The translations under genes and the position numbers were made by a program. 43,037 nucleotides of DNA from a virus. Taxonomy: Duplodnaviria; Caudoviricetes. Numbering within the stretch: position 1 is the first letter of the stretch; each line of letters starts with the position of its first letter. The stretch spans positions 1 through 43,037 of the IMG/VR virus record IMGVR_UViG_3300049144_000060; one strand, written 5' to 3'. The notes beneath the pieces are model-generated. The model was not told the origin of the DNA, searched no databases, and saw nothing but the letters and a program-made list of their open reading frames with translations. Below are positions 34,465 to 43,037 of this stretch, piece by piece.

Positions 34465-36173
34465 GCCGCGCTCGCCTGGCAGGGGTGGCGCATGATGCGG
34501 GCGGTGTCCTCGAAGCTGTGGGGCATGCGGGCGGCGATCAGGGCGCGGGCGTAGTCGTCGAGCTGCCGCGTCAGACAGTCCGGGTCGAGCCCGTACCGTT
34601 TCGCGATTTCCGGGACCCGCGCCCACACCCCGTCGAAGAGGCGCCACTCGTCGACCAGCTCAGGGTCGACGGGGTAGGCGGTGTGGAGTTCGGCGGGCGC
34701 GATCTCGCGGGCGCGGGCGCGCTCCGGGCGCGGGCACACGGGCCGGTTCCGCAGCCGGGTGCCGGCAGCGTAGAGGGCGTTGTAGATGATGCCGTCGACG
34801 GCGGCGAGAACCTCGGCCGGCAGGTTCAGCGAGGCGGGGGTCGCGGCGGCCGGCAGGGTGTCGGGCAGGTCCTGGGTTTCGCTCACGGGGAGAGTGGTCA
34901 CGGTGCTGTCGCCTTCGTTGTCGGTCGCCTCATCGTCGGCGTCGCTGGCTGGTGCGGTGGGGGCGTCGGCCTCGTCGAAGCCGGTCTCGCGGCGGGCCGC
35001 GGCAGCCGAGATCAGACCGGCTTGGAACGCTTCGAGGGCGGTGGCGGCGCGGTTGGCCTGGACGCGGAGTTGGCTGGTGTCGTGCCAGACGAGCCACTCG
35101 GCGGCGTCGGTGGCTCCTTGGGCCTCGAGGAGGGGGCGCAGCCACTGCGTGGTGAGGGCGTTCGAGACGAGGGTGAGGCGCGGCTCGACGCCGAGACGGA
35201 CGCCTTCGGCGGAGGCGAGCCAGGCGCCCCAGTGGTTGAGGCCGCCCATGCCCAGGAGCACTTCGGGCGGGGTCTCCAGGCCGGTGGCGAAGCGGCGGAT
35301 GCACTCGTCCCTCAGCTTGATGGCGATCTCGTCGAAGTCCGACTCGAACTTCAGGTGCTGGATCTGTCCGATCATCTCCCCGGGGACCTGCAGGATGATC
35401 GGCACCGTGCCTGCTGCGGACTCGGGTTCGCGGTAGGCCGTAGACGCGACTTCCATGAACACGTCGACGAGGTCGTCCTGTGCTTCCTGGCCGGGCGCGG
35501 TGGGGAAGGTGACGCCGTTCGGGAAAAGGAGGACGCCGCGGCCGACGAGCCGGGAGCGGGCGGCGGCGGCCACGGCGGCGTTGAGGAGCCGGAGTTCCTC
35601 GAGGACGACCAGTGACGATCGCACGGGGCTGTCGGCTTCGATGTGCCTGCGGGGATGCGGGTCCCACACGCGGATCGCGACCGGAGTGTCGGGGTCGGCC
35701 GTTGCGTCGGGGTCGTAGGGCGGGATCTCGACTTCGTCGCCGTCGATCTCCGCGGTCATGGTGCCCTGCTGCTGTTTGACCTCGGCGACGGACAGCACCC
35801 GCCAGTCGGCGTCACCGGTGTCTGTCGGGCGGATGATGATCCATGCTTCGCCTGCGACGACGAGGTGCGGGCCGAACTCGGCGAGGAACTGGGACTGTCC
35901 TCCGGGCCCGCCTGCGATTTGGGAGACGATCTCTGCGGCCGGGTGCCCGTCGGGGGCTTTTTCGATGGTGCCGTCTTCGAGGCGTCGGCCGGCGTAGAGG
36001 CGGGCGCCTCCCATGGCGTTGCCGATCCAGGTGGCGGCGAATCGGACTTCAGGGATGACGCTGAAGAGGTCCCAGGCTTCTTCCTGCCAGCCGCCGCCAC
36101 TGCTGGTTGGTTTCTGTCGGCCGAGCTTGCGGGAGGTGAAGCGGTTGGCGGCGGCGGTGAGTTGCCGGATCAC
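34461..36173 (-). CDS. portal protein (570 aa)
   Basis: GTGA overlap start; WQ.EAW, RVW.PHPR....ADSP, RSRL.G.G.L, PEVL.G....NHW.AW. Confidence 0.85.
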   Translation of the reverse strand: MIRQLTAAANRFTSRKLGRQKPTSSGGGWQEEAWDLFSVIPEVRFAATWIGNAMGGARLYAGRRLEDGTIEKAPDGHPAAEIVSQIAGGPGGQSQFLAEFGPHLVVAGEAWIIIRPTDTGDADWRVLSVAEVKQQQGTMTAEIDGDEVEIPPYDPDATADPDTPVAIRVWDPHPRRHIEADSPVRSSLVVLEELRLLNAAVAAAARSRLVGRGVLLFPNGVTFPTAPGQEAQDDLVDVFMEVASTAYREPESAAGTVPIILQVPGEMIGQIQHLKFESDFDEIAIKLRDECIRRFATGLETPPEVLLGMGGLNHWGAWLASAEGVRLGVEPRLTLVSNALTTQWLRPLLEAQGATDAAEWLVWHDTSQLRVQANRAATALEAFQAGLISAAAARRETGFDEADAPTAPASDADDEATDNEGDSTVTTLPVSETQDLPDTLPAAATPASLNLPAEVLAAVDGIIYNALYAAGTRLRNRPVCPRPERARAREIAPAELHTAYPVDPELVDEWRLFDGVWARVPEIAKRYGLDPDCLTRQLDDYARALIAARMPHSFEDTARIMRHPCQASAA

Positions 36174-36493
36174 GACGCGTCCATGGTGTCGTCCCGCCGG
36201 TTCAGCAGGGCCTGTATGCCTGAGATCGCGAACCAGAGGAGACCGAACTGGACGAGCAGGTTGTCGCGCCAGAACCACCATGCGGTGAGGACGACACCGG
36301 AGAGCCAGAAACCGAGGCAGTAGATGCAGGAGATCAACTGCATGAGGAATGTGCGGGGCTTGCTGTCGATCTTGTTGGTGTGCCAGGCGGCGAGGCGTTG
36401 CCGGACGGGGTCGAGGATCGTGTCGTGGACGCCGAGTTGGGTGGCCCGGTAGGACGCGGCGCCGAGGAGCGCGAGTTCCGGGAGTGAGATCAA
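36170..36493 (-). CDS. DUF1360-like membrane protein
   Basis: YR.T.L...D.I..P.R...LISC.YC.G.W. Confidence 0.75.
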   Translation of the reverse strand: MISLPELALLGAASYRATQLGVHDTILDPVRQRLAAWHTNKIDSKPRTFLMQLISCIYCLGFWLSGVVLTAWWFWRDNLLVQFGLLWFAISGIQALLNRRDDTMDAS

Positions 36494-36616
36494 GGCCGCC
36501 CCCTGCTGAAGATCCTGCGGTATCGGCGACCACTATAAGCCGATGGCCGGAAAATCTTCTGTCGGTGAACCTTCGGGGCGGAGTATTTACAGGTAGAGGG
36601 TGGGGTGGATGGGCGG

Positions 36617-37993
36617 CTACTTCCCGAAGATCGGCCGCGCGTACCGGGACCCGCCCGCCGTCCGCTGGGACGGACCGCGCCGCGTAGGCGACTGCACCTG
36701 CCCTGCCCCCACCAGGTCCACTGCGGCGACCATGTACCGCATCGCGTCCACGCCGTGGTCGTCCTGCTTCAGCGGCTGCTCCTTCAACCCCCCTGCCGCG
36801 CCCGGCTTGACCGCCCACACATAGCCGTTGATTTCCTCGGCGGTGGACGTCGGCTTGCCCGCGTCGGCGAGGTCCTGGTCCCGGTCGACCACGGAGTCCC
36901 GCAGGATGAACAGGCGCGGCTTGCCGTCGCCTGCCGGGCGGATCCGGGTCTGCACGGCCTGAATGCCTGGGGAGACCGTCTTCTTCGCGGCGGTCGTGAC
37001 GAGGCCGGAGTGCCTTTCGAAGGTGGCCCGGTCTTCGGCGTCGTGGTCGCAGACCACCGCGACCGGGTACGGTTCGCCGGTCTCGCCGATGATCCGCTTT
37101 ACCTGCTTGGCGTGATCCTCGGCGAGCACCCGTGTCCTGTAGATCTCCCGGTACAGGTACAGGCGCCCATCCCCGTCCTGCGCCCACCACTGGATCACCA
37201 TGGGGTTCGTGAAGCCGAAGTCGATCGACATGTACCGCTGCCAGGCGTCTGGGATGTCAAACCGGTCGACCACGTGGACGGCGTCCTGCCACTCCTCGTA
37301 GATGACACCCTCGGCACTGACCCACTTGCCCCACCGCAGACGCTGGTAGCGCGGCCCGGTGAGGCTGTCCAGGCGCGCCAGGTATGCCTTGCCGTAGTCG
37401 GTCCATTCGCCGCCTTGGTAGAGGCGGGGGTTGTCTTCGTGACGGCTGTAGAGGATGCGGCACCGGCCGGCGTCCGCCCGAAGTTTCAGGTGGTGGGATG
37501 GGGGGCCGGGGTTGGTGCACATGATCAGCCGCTGGAGTGGGAGCACTCCGTTGCGGAGACGGGACACGATCGTGTCGAGGTCTTCCGCCGTCACCTCTAT
37601 CGCTTCATCAACCAGAACAAGATCAAATTCGGTCGAGAGCAACTTCGTTGGCCGATCAAGCCCGCCGACCACGATGACACTGCCGTTGGCGTACCGGTAA
37701 CTGGCGGGCTCCTGCGCCGAGCCACCGAAGAAGTGCAGCAGGCCGGCAGCGATGGCTTCCTTCGCGACCTTCTCCCGGAAGCTCACCAGCGTCGATGACG
37801 TGAGCGACGCGTGCGTCTTACGGACGATCAGCGCCCGGGTGTGCGGATTGTCCAGGCACTGCAGGTGCACATACATGAGGGCGCCCACACTCTTGCCCGT
37901 GCCGGCCGCACCCGAGAGCAGCACCTCGGTATCCGTGGAGCGGAAAAGTTCCCGGACGGCACCGCGGGCTTCGAACGTGACGGTGTCAGGCAT
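36617..37993 (-). CDS. terL: terminase large subunit
   Basis: Walker A GAAGTGKS, Walker B VLVDEA, TNP coupling motif, nuclease IDFGF...DHGVDA.RY. Confidence 0.95.
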   Translation of the reverse strand: MPDTVTFEARGAVRELFRSTDTEVLLSGAAGTGKSVGALMYVHLQCLDNPHTRALIVRKTHASLTSSTLVSFREKVAKEAIAAGLLHFFGGSAQEPASYRYANGSVIVVGGLDRPTKLLSTEFDLVLVDEAIEVTAEDLDTIVSRLRNGVLPLQRLIMCTNPGPPSHHLKLRADAGRCRILYSRHEDNPRLYQGGEWTDYGKAYLARLDSLTGPRYQRLRWGKWVSAEGVIYEEWQDAVHVVDRFDIPDAWQRYMSIDFGFTNPMVIQWWAQDGDGRLYLYREIYRTRVLAEDHAKQVKRIIGETGEPYPVAVVCDHDAEDRATFERHSGLVTTAAKKTVSPGIQAVQTRIRPAGDGKPRLFILRDSVVDRDQDLADAGKPTSTAEEINGYVWAVKPGAAGGLKEQPLKQDDHGVDAMRYMVAAVDLVGAGQVQSPTRRGPSQRTAGGSRYARPIFGK

Positions 37994-38480
37994 CGGTTAC
38001 GTCGTCCGCGAGGCCGACGATTTCGTATCGGACGCCGCCGGCTACGTCGATTTTCTGGCGTGCGTCGAGGCCGAAGAGGCGCCGGTAGCTTTCGCGGACC
38101 TTGACGAGCCGGTCGATCGCGGCAAGCTTCGGCCCGTGATCTGGCAGGGGGTTACCGTCTTCGCCTTTGACGATGTGGCCGTGGGACACCATGACGTGGT
38201 CGCGGTGGAGGACGTCCAGGGCTTCCTCGTAGAGGCTGTCGAGGCGTGCGGCTTCCTGCTGGATCAGGGCTTCGGCGGGGCCTTGGACGATTTCGCGGAG
38301 GGCACGTTGGATGGCTTGGCGGGCGTTGGATTTGTCGGTGTAGCCGAGTTCGTTGGCGATGTCTTGGAGTTTCCAGCCTTCGGCGCGGAGTTGGGCGGCG
38401 CGGGCGTCGCGGGCTGCGGTTTCGGGGGTGCGTATGTAGCGGCCTTTGCCGTCTCGGGCGTTGTCGGGCGGTGAACTCAT
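37986..38480 (-). CDS. terS: terminase small subunit
   Basis: HTH (LRAEGW.LQ.IA.ELGY), AIDRL.K..E....L.GLD; overlaps terL. Confidence 0.8.
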   Translation of the reverse strand: MSSPPDNARDGKGRYIRTPETAARDARAAQLRAEGWKLQDIANELGYTDKSNARQAIQRALREIVQGPAEALIQQEAARLDSLYEEALDVLHRDHVMVSHGHIVKGEDGNPLPDHGPKLAAIDRLVKVRESYRRLFGLDARQKIDVAGGVRYEIVGLADDVTDA

Positions 38481-38563
38481 GGGTGCCGCCTCCGCTCGTG
38501 GGGTTACTGGTTGATCACATCAGATGGTAACGATCCGTGGCGTGGCTGGTGGGCGGGTATGCG

Positions 38564-38595
38564 TGTGGGCCCGCACCAGACGGCGCGGGCCCACA
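38564..38595. terminator. hairpin between early genes and terS
   Basis: TGTGGGCCCGC-N10-GCGGGCCCACA. Confidence 0.55.
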
Positions 38596-38646
38596 GGGGG
38601 TGGGGCGTTACATCTGTCGCCAGGGTTGGCCGCTGCGTTCTTCGTA

Positions 38647-38937
38647 TCAATCCTTCCTTGTGGCCCATCGCTGCCATGCGGCGAGTCCGGCGACGGCAGC
38701 TTTCTCGCGGGTGGTTTCGGGTTGGCGGGAGGCACTGCCGGTGGGGAGCCACCACGTCCATCCGTTGCGGCCCGTGCGGGAGGTGCCGCCGTAGGACGGG
38801 GCGATCACGACGAGCACCTCCCCGTCGCCGGTGACGACATGCCAGTGCCGGGAGTCCCGCCAGTTCGGTGCCTTCACCAGCTCGGCGGCCTCGATTACGG
38901 CGCGGGCGCGGCGGGCGGACATCGGACGGCGAGTCAT
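38647..38937 (-). CDS. hypothetical protein
   Basis: ATGA overlap, Trp-rich 96 aa. Confidence 0.75.
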   Translation of the reverse strand: MTRRPMSARRARAVIEAAELVKAPNWRDSRHWHVVTGDGEVLVVIAPSYGGTSRTGRNGWTWWLPTGSASRQPETTREKAAVAGLAAWQRWATRKD

Positions 38938-39203
38938 GGCGCGGGGAACTCGTCGTTGGCCTGGACGCTGGCGAGCGCCATGAGTCCGGTCAGGATGTGG
39001 CCAACCATGGGTGGCGTGTCGTCTCGGTTGATGTAGTCGACGAGGCTGGACTCCAGCAGCTGCAGGCGACGCAGCTCCCGCTGCTGGTCGATGCTCCCGG
39101 CGGTCCGGGCTTCCTTCTCGACGCGGTCGAGGAGTTCGTCGAGGTAGTCGCCTCCGAGGTGCGCGTCGTCGGCGTAGTTGTACAGCTCGTTGCGGGCGTT
39201 CAT
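38934..39203 (-). CDS. hypothetical protein (MNARNEL...)
   Basis: GAGGA RBS before ATG39203. Confidence 0.7.
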   Translation of the reverse strand: MNARNELYNYADDAHLGGDYLDELLDRVEKEARTAGSIDQQRELRRLQLLESSLVDYINRDDTPPMVGHILTGLMALASVQANDEFPAP

Positions 39204-39319
39204 GAGTCCTCGTCTTTCGTCCAGTACAGGCGGTCGTAGCGGGCGGCTTCGGCGGGGGTTTCCTCCCACCAGCCGGGTGCGGGGCCGGGCTCGATGAGCG
39301 GCGCTTCGTCCGTGGTCAT
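39200..39319 (-). CDS. small hypothetical protein (MTTDEAPL..., 39 aa)
   Basis: ATGA overlaps on both sides. Confidence 0.55.
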   Translation of the reverse strand: MTTDEAPLIEPGPAPGWWEETPAEAARYDRLYWTKDEDS

Positions 39320-39582
39320 ACCCGCGCCTTCCTGGGCGTCTCGTTGCGGGCGGCGATCAGCGCCTGGCGGTGGTTCTCCATGGCGGATTCGCGGTTCGTG
39401 GCGGGCTTGGACGACTCGTCGATGATGTACCCGCCGATCGCCATGCCGACGTGCTGCTTGTTCGGACTGTCGTCGAAGATCGCGGTGTCGTAGTAGTCGG
39501 CGGCGATACGGATCGTGGAAACGGTCAGCTGCTTGTCGCCTGCGATCACGGGCCGCTGGGCGACGATCTGCGGAACGCTCAC
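39316..39582 (-). CDS. hypothetical protein (MSVPQIVAQ...)
   Basis: AGGAGA RBS before GTG39582. Confidence 0.7.
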   Translation of the reverse strand: MSVPQIVAQRPVIAGDKQLTVSTIRIAADYYDTAIFDDSPNKQHVGMAIGGYIIDESSKPATNRESAMENHRQALIAARNETPRKARV

Positions 39583-39632
39583 GGGGTTCTCCTGTCGGTT
39601 CAGGCCGGGCGGGACAGCCCGGCGGGCGGAGG

Positions 39633-39842
39633 TCAGGTGGGGGTGATGGAGCGGGCGCGGACGCAGGTCGCGGCGACGTGGCCGGTGCTGTCGACGAGCT
39701 GGAAGCGGGCGCTGCCGATGATCGGGTCGTCGCAGTTGAGGCAGGTGCACGGGTACGCCCGGTAGGTGCCGTGGAGGCTGGTGAGGCTGCCGGTGTAGCG
39801 GACGAGCACGCCCGGCTCCCAGGCGATCATCGGGTTCAGCAT
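39633..39842 (-). CDS. hypothetical protein (CxCxxC)
   Basis: AGGAG RBS. Confidence 0.7.
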   Translation of the reverse strand: MLNPMIAWEPGVLVRYTGSLTSLHGTYRAYPCTCLNCDDPIIGSARFQLVDSTGHVAATCVRARSITPT

Positions 39843-39851
39843 GGCGGGCTC

Positions 39852-40091
39852 CTAGGCGGTGGTGCGGTTGGCGAACCGGGCGAGGTCGGCGACGAACTCG
39901 GCGACGAGCTTGCGCGCCTCGTCCTCGTCGTCGGCGATCCAGTGGTAGGCGGGGTCGGTGCGGGGCGTGTCGGGGTCGTCGAAGGGGTTGAGGGTGAGGA
40001 CGAAGCCCTCGACGAGGTAGCGACCGTCGGGCAGGGCCTGGGCGGCGACGAAGCCACCCGGGCACGGGGTGAACGCGGGGAAGGCCGGCAT
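39852..40091 (-). CDS. hypothetical protein
   Basis: AAGGAG RBS. Confidence 0.7.
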   Translation of the reverse strand: MPAFPAFTPCPGGFVAAQALPDGRYLVEGFVLTLNPFDDPDTPRTDPAYHWIADDEDEARKLVAEFVADLARFANRTTA

Positions 40092-40142
40092 TGCGGGCTC
40101 CTTGCAGGGGATGCGGTTCGTCTGGTGCGCCGTGAAGTTGGT

Positions 40143-40577
40143 CTAGGCGGCCTCCGTGTAGGCGGCCTGGAAGAAGTCGGGGCGGGCGAGGTGCTTGGTC
40201 TGCTTGTAGGTGGCGAGGCCGATGTAGAGGGCCATGTCGAAGGGCGAGTAGACGTGGACGTGAATCCAACGGCCGGTGGTGCGGTGGCGGACCCAGCAGC
40301 GGACGGGCTCGGTGCCGGTGGCGGCGACGTGGGCCTTCTTGACGTGCCGGCCGTACCAGGCCTGGTAGCCGTCCTTGAGGTCGCTGGCGCCGAGCCGGTC
40401 GAGGATGTCGCCGGTGCGCACGAGCTGGCCGGCTTCGACGGCGACGATGATCTGGCCGCTCAACGCGCGGTAGCGGAGGGCTTTCGGCATGGTCATCGCG
40501 GTGTGGTGGGTGCGGCGGATGACGGTGAGGGCGCGGGCCTTCAGGTTGCTGCGGCGGGTGCGGCTGGTGCGGATCAT
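40143..40577 (-). CDS. hypothetical basic protein
   Basis: GGGGGAG RBS, high GC3. Confidence 0.75.
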   Translation of the reverse strand: MIRTSRTRRSNLKARALTVIRRTHHTAMTMPKALRYRALSGQIIVAVEAGQLVRTGDILDRLGASDLKDGYQAWYGRHVKKAHVAATGTEPVRCWVRHRTTGRWIHVHVYSPFDMALYIGLATYKQTKHLARPDFFQAAYTEAA

Positions 40578-40680
40578 CTAGGTTCTCCCCCTTGGCTATT
40601 CACGTTCCCGCATGGCAACTCATTAGCGATCATGTGTTGCGCTGGCGTTGACTCAGACAGTACCCCTGAGGGATGTGCAC

Positions 40681-40702
40681 CGCAAGTCTGTTGCGATAGA
40701 TT
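40681..40702 (+). promoter_or_regulatory. leaderless promoter with palindrome
   Basis: CGCAA-N5-TTGCG (40681-40695) abutting -10 TAGATT, 6 nt before ATG40709. Confidence 0.55.
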
Positions 40703-40708
40703 GATGCC

Positions 40709-41005
40709 ATGAACCCGACCCCGACCACTGAGCCACCCACACTCGAAGAGATCGCCGCAGCCGGAGCCCGCCGCCAGCGCGACGCCGACCGCCTCAAGAA
40801 GTCCAGCGACGACCTCCGCGAACTCGTCCTCGCCGCCCTCCGTGAAGGGCACCTCAAGCCGACCGAGGTCGCGAAAGCCTCCGGCTGGACCGGAGCACAC
40901 GTCCGCAAGATGGCCCGCGATGCCGGCATCGAACCCGACGAGCGGTACCGCGACCGCGCCGAACGCCTCAAGAAGGCCCAGGCCGGGGAGGCGCAGGATG
41001 GATGA
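40709..41005 (+). CDS. HTH DNA-binding protein
   Basis: KPTEVAKASGWTGAHVRKMAR. Confidence 0.75.
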   Translation: MNPTPTTEPPTLEEIAAAGARRQRDADRLKKSSDDLRELVLAALREGHLKPTEVAKASGWTGAHVRKMARDAGIEPDERYRDRAERLKKAQAGEAQDG

Positions 41006-41369
41006 CCTGGCGCAGTGGCTGCGCGAACAGCTCGACGTCGATGCGGCGCGGGCTCGAGCGTGCCCAGGGAACGGCGAGTGGACTGCGGAAGACATCGCGG
41101 TCTACGGACCCGACCTGTCCCCTGAGGTGCGCGCCCACATGGCCGAGCATGACCCACGGCGGGTGCTGCGGGAGGTCGAGGCCAAGCGGCGGACGCTGGA
41201 CCGCCATACACCGCATTCCATGGGCGGCTGCCGAGTCTGTGAAGCACCACACTGGGGCGTGCAGGTCTGCAACCACTGCTACGGCAAGGCTTGGCCGTGC
41301 CCCGATATTCTGGATTTCGCCACGGTGTACGCGGACCGGCCTGGCTACCGGGAGGCATGGCGTCCGTAG
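40998..41369 (+). CDS. DUF6221-like protein
   Basis: MDDL..WLR..LD.D, HDP.RVLREVEAKRR, YADRPGYRE.WRP. Confidence 0.75.
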   Translation: MDDLAQWLREQLDVDAARARACPGNGEWTAEDIAVYGPDLSPEVRAHMAEHDPRRVLREVEAKRRTLDRHTPHSMGGCRVCEAPHWGVQVCNHCYGKAWPCPDILDFATVYADRPGYREAWRP

Positions 41370-41462
41370 CCCGTCCGCTCGAAGCGTCCTGCTGGATGAC
41401 TCCGGTGGGGCGCTTCGCCGATTCCGCCCCTTCTCCCCCGCGGTCAGCGTCAGACTGCTGTC

Positions 41463-41663
41463 ATGGCGATTCGGGCGAGCATTCAGGCGGACACCGAAGA
41501 CGAGTGCGTCGAGGGCTTGGCGAAGCTGGTGGATGCCGGCTTCCGCCCGACTCTGCCGCCGCGGTACATGACGGATGGCCGGTGGCTTGCCCGCGCCGTG
41601 CCCGCACCCGCGACGAAGGCCCCGACCGTCGATGACGGCCGGGGCCTCGAAGTTGCAGGCTGA
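41463..41663 (+). CDS. hypothetical protein
   Basis: 66-aa ORF; TAGACT-like CAGACT a few nt upstream. Confidence 0.6.
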   Translation: MAIRASIQADTEDECVEGLAKLVDAGFRPTLPPRYMTDGRWLARAVPAPATKAPTVDDGRGLEVAG

Positions 41664-41867
41664 TCAGACGGCGCTCTTCTCGCGAATGTCGTGGACGAGC
41701 CCGAGCCCGTCGACCTCAACGACCGTCCCGCAGTCCCCGCACACATACTCGAGGTGCCCCTGAATATGGGCGGGCTTCGGGTCCATCGGCCCATAGCAGC
41801 AGTCCGGGACGGCGTCGTCGATGTGCACGCCCGGGTCGAGCTCCATGCCGTAGATCGTCGGCTCCAT
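41664..41867 (-). CDS. small zinc-ribbon protein (MEPTIYG...)
   Basis: PDCC...M...YVCGDCGT; TAATG overlap. Confidence 0.7.
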   Translation of the reverse strand: MEPTIYGMELDPGVHIDDAVPDCCYGPMDPKPAHIQGHLEYVCGDCGTVVEVDGLGLVHDIREKSAV

Positions 41868-42169
41868 TAGGACCACTCCCAGTTCTGGCCGGCGCGGGCT
41901 GCGCGGTGGGCGGCGTCGGCGAGTTCGGCGGCGAGTTCGCCCCATTCGACGTTCATGGCGCGCTGGCCGGCGGCCTTTTCGAGGAGGTCGCCGATGCGGG
42001 CGGCTTCGTAGGGCGGGATGACGGCGATGTCGGCGAAGCGGCCGTCGAACAGGTGGCTGATCTCTCGCCATTCGCTGCTGCTGAGTGCGTGGGCGAGGTG
42101 CTGGCCGAGGTTGGCGATGGTGAGCGCCGATCGGGTGCCGCGGACGCCATGACTGATGCGGATTCCCAT
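41867..42169 (-). CDS. hypothetical protein
   Basis: GAGGAGG RBS, TGATG overlap. Confidence 0.75.
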   Translation of the reverse strand: MGIRISHGVRGTRSALTIANLGQHLAHALSSSEWREISHLFDGRFADIAVIPPYEAARIGDLLEKAAGQRAMNVEWGELAAELADAAHRAARAGQNWEWS

Positions 42170-42381
42170 CAGAGGCCCCTCCTCGCGGCCTTCTTGAACC
42201 GCTTCTCGGCGTCGATGACGGCCTGGTTGAGGCGCTGGTAGGCGGCAGTCTCGGTGACGATCCCGGCCGCGGCCTCACGGGCGGTGTTCTCGGCGAGGTC
42301 CGCCTTGGCGCGCTGGTAGGCGGCGATCAGCCGGTTCTCGTCGGCGTAGACGTTGAGCTCGTCGGGTGTGGGACTGGGCAT
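42169..42381 (-). CDS. hypothetical protein (MPSPTPDEL...)
   Basis: AGGAGA RBS before ATG42381. Confidence 0.7.
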   Translation of the reverse strand: MPSPTPDELNVYADENRLIAAYQRAKADLAENTAREAAAGIVTETAAYQRLNQAVIDAEKRFKKAARRGL

Positions 42382-42455
42382 GGGTTTCTCCTGAGTCTGG
42401 CGGGTGTGGGTGGCGTGGGGTGGGGTTTCTGCGCGGTGACCGGGCAGGGTGGGGT

Positions 42456-42656
42456 TCACCGGCGGGTGTACTTGCGTTCGGCGTCGGCGATGGCGGCGGC
42501 TTCGGTGGTGGCGAGCGCGGACTTGACGACGGGCCGGCCGGTGACGCTGTCGACGATGGCGGCGAACCAGGTCTTGCCGTTGGTGGTGGGGTTGTCGATG
42601 TGGCCGTGGTGCTGGCCGGTCTCGAGGGTGTGTCCGGGCTTGAGGGTGATGGCCAT
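42456..42656 (-). CDS. hypothetical protein
   Basis: GAAAGGA RBS. Confidence 0.7.
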   Translation of the reverse strand: MAITLKPGHTLETGQHHGHIDNPTTNGKTWFAAIVDSVTGRPVVKSALATTEAAAIADAERKYTRR

Positions 42657-42678
42657 TGCGGTTCCTTTCGGTGGGTGG

Positions 42679-43035
42679 TTAGAGGCCGCGGGTGTGGGCG
42701 AGGTCGGCTGCTTGCGTGAAGGCGAGGAGGACGGGAGCGGGGCTGGTCTGTTCGACGTTCCAGCTGGGGATGGTCTCGGCGTCCCGGTAGTGGCGCTGGA
42801 TGGCGTCGAGGAGGAGCACGCAGGCGTCGTGTGCCTGGTCGCGGCTGGAGGCTTCGAGGCGGATGGCGCGCATGGGGCAGACGGCGCCGGTCTCGTCGTA
42901 GAGGGCGGTGCGGCACCAGCCGTCGGTCTCGAGCCGGGTGCGGGCCCGGTGGAGGAGGTCGGCGATCGGCGTCCGGTACGGGCCCGGGGTCGGGGTGAGC
43001 GGGACGACTTCGGCGGGGGCGGGTACAGGCTGGGC
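42679..43035 (-). CDS. DUF6197-like protein, 5'-truncated by the window edge
   Basis: Frame open to the edge: LL.RA..RL...GWC.......G..C...AI...IPSWN. Confidence 0.6.
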   Translation of the reverse strand, partial: AQPVPAPAEVVPLTPTPGPYRTPIADLLHRARTRLETDGWCRTALYDETGAVCPMRAIRLEASSRDQAHDACVLLLDAIQRHYRDAETIPSWNVEQTSPAPVLLAFTQAADLAHTRGL

Positions 43036-43037
43036 GG

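Larger units (their letters stand above)
1..43037. mobile_element. temperate actinophage/prophage (siphovirus); ends not within the window
   Basis: Complete head-tail-lysis module plus recombinase and accessory genes; no host housekeeping genes. Confidence 0.9.

Noticed and set aside
34461-37190. 909-aa portal ORF from the track
   Set aside because: The extension overlaps terL and the DUF1360-like gene out of frame and is Arg/Gly junk; the GTG36173 start overlaps the upstream stop.

Overview
High-GC, Streptomyces-like temperate siphovirus or prophage segment. Almost the whole window is a minus-strand late operon. From right to left it carries small early/accessory genes (43037-38647), terminase small and large subunits, a DUF1360-like protein, portal, a MuF/maturation-protease fusion, an HNH endonuclease, two capsid proteins (hexamer/pentamer type, resembling mycobacteriophage cluster B), two very large Cys-rich repeat proteins, major tail protein, neck genes, a GIY-YIG-like endonuclease, frameshifted tail chaperones, tape measure, minor tail and collagen proteins, two paralogous fibre+chaperone pairs and a lysis cassette. 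The left end (1-4.5 kb) holds HTH regulators with palindromic operators, a Cre/Xer-like tyrosine recombinase with a candidate lox/dif-like site, and small leaderless genes with PafBC-type (RecA-NDp) promoters. The most striking unexplained signal is a non-coding 18-nt motif (mRNA sense GCUGGUUNUGGGCCGGGC) present nine times. It always lies 24-28 nt before a structural-gene start, usually 9-12 nt after a -10 box, and is followed by a hairpin that buries the ribosome-binding site or start codon and usually uses the motif's own 3' half. This is a candidate two-state translational switch coordinating virion gene expression. Product calls come from motif recognition and gene order only; no database searches or folding computations were run.
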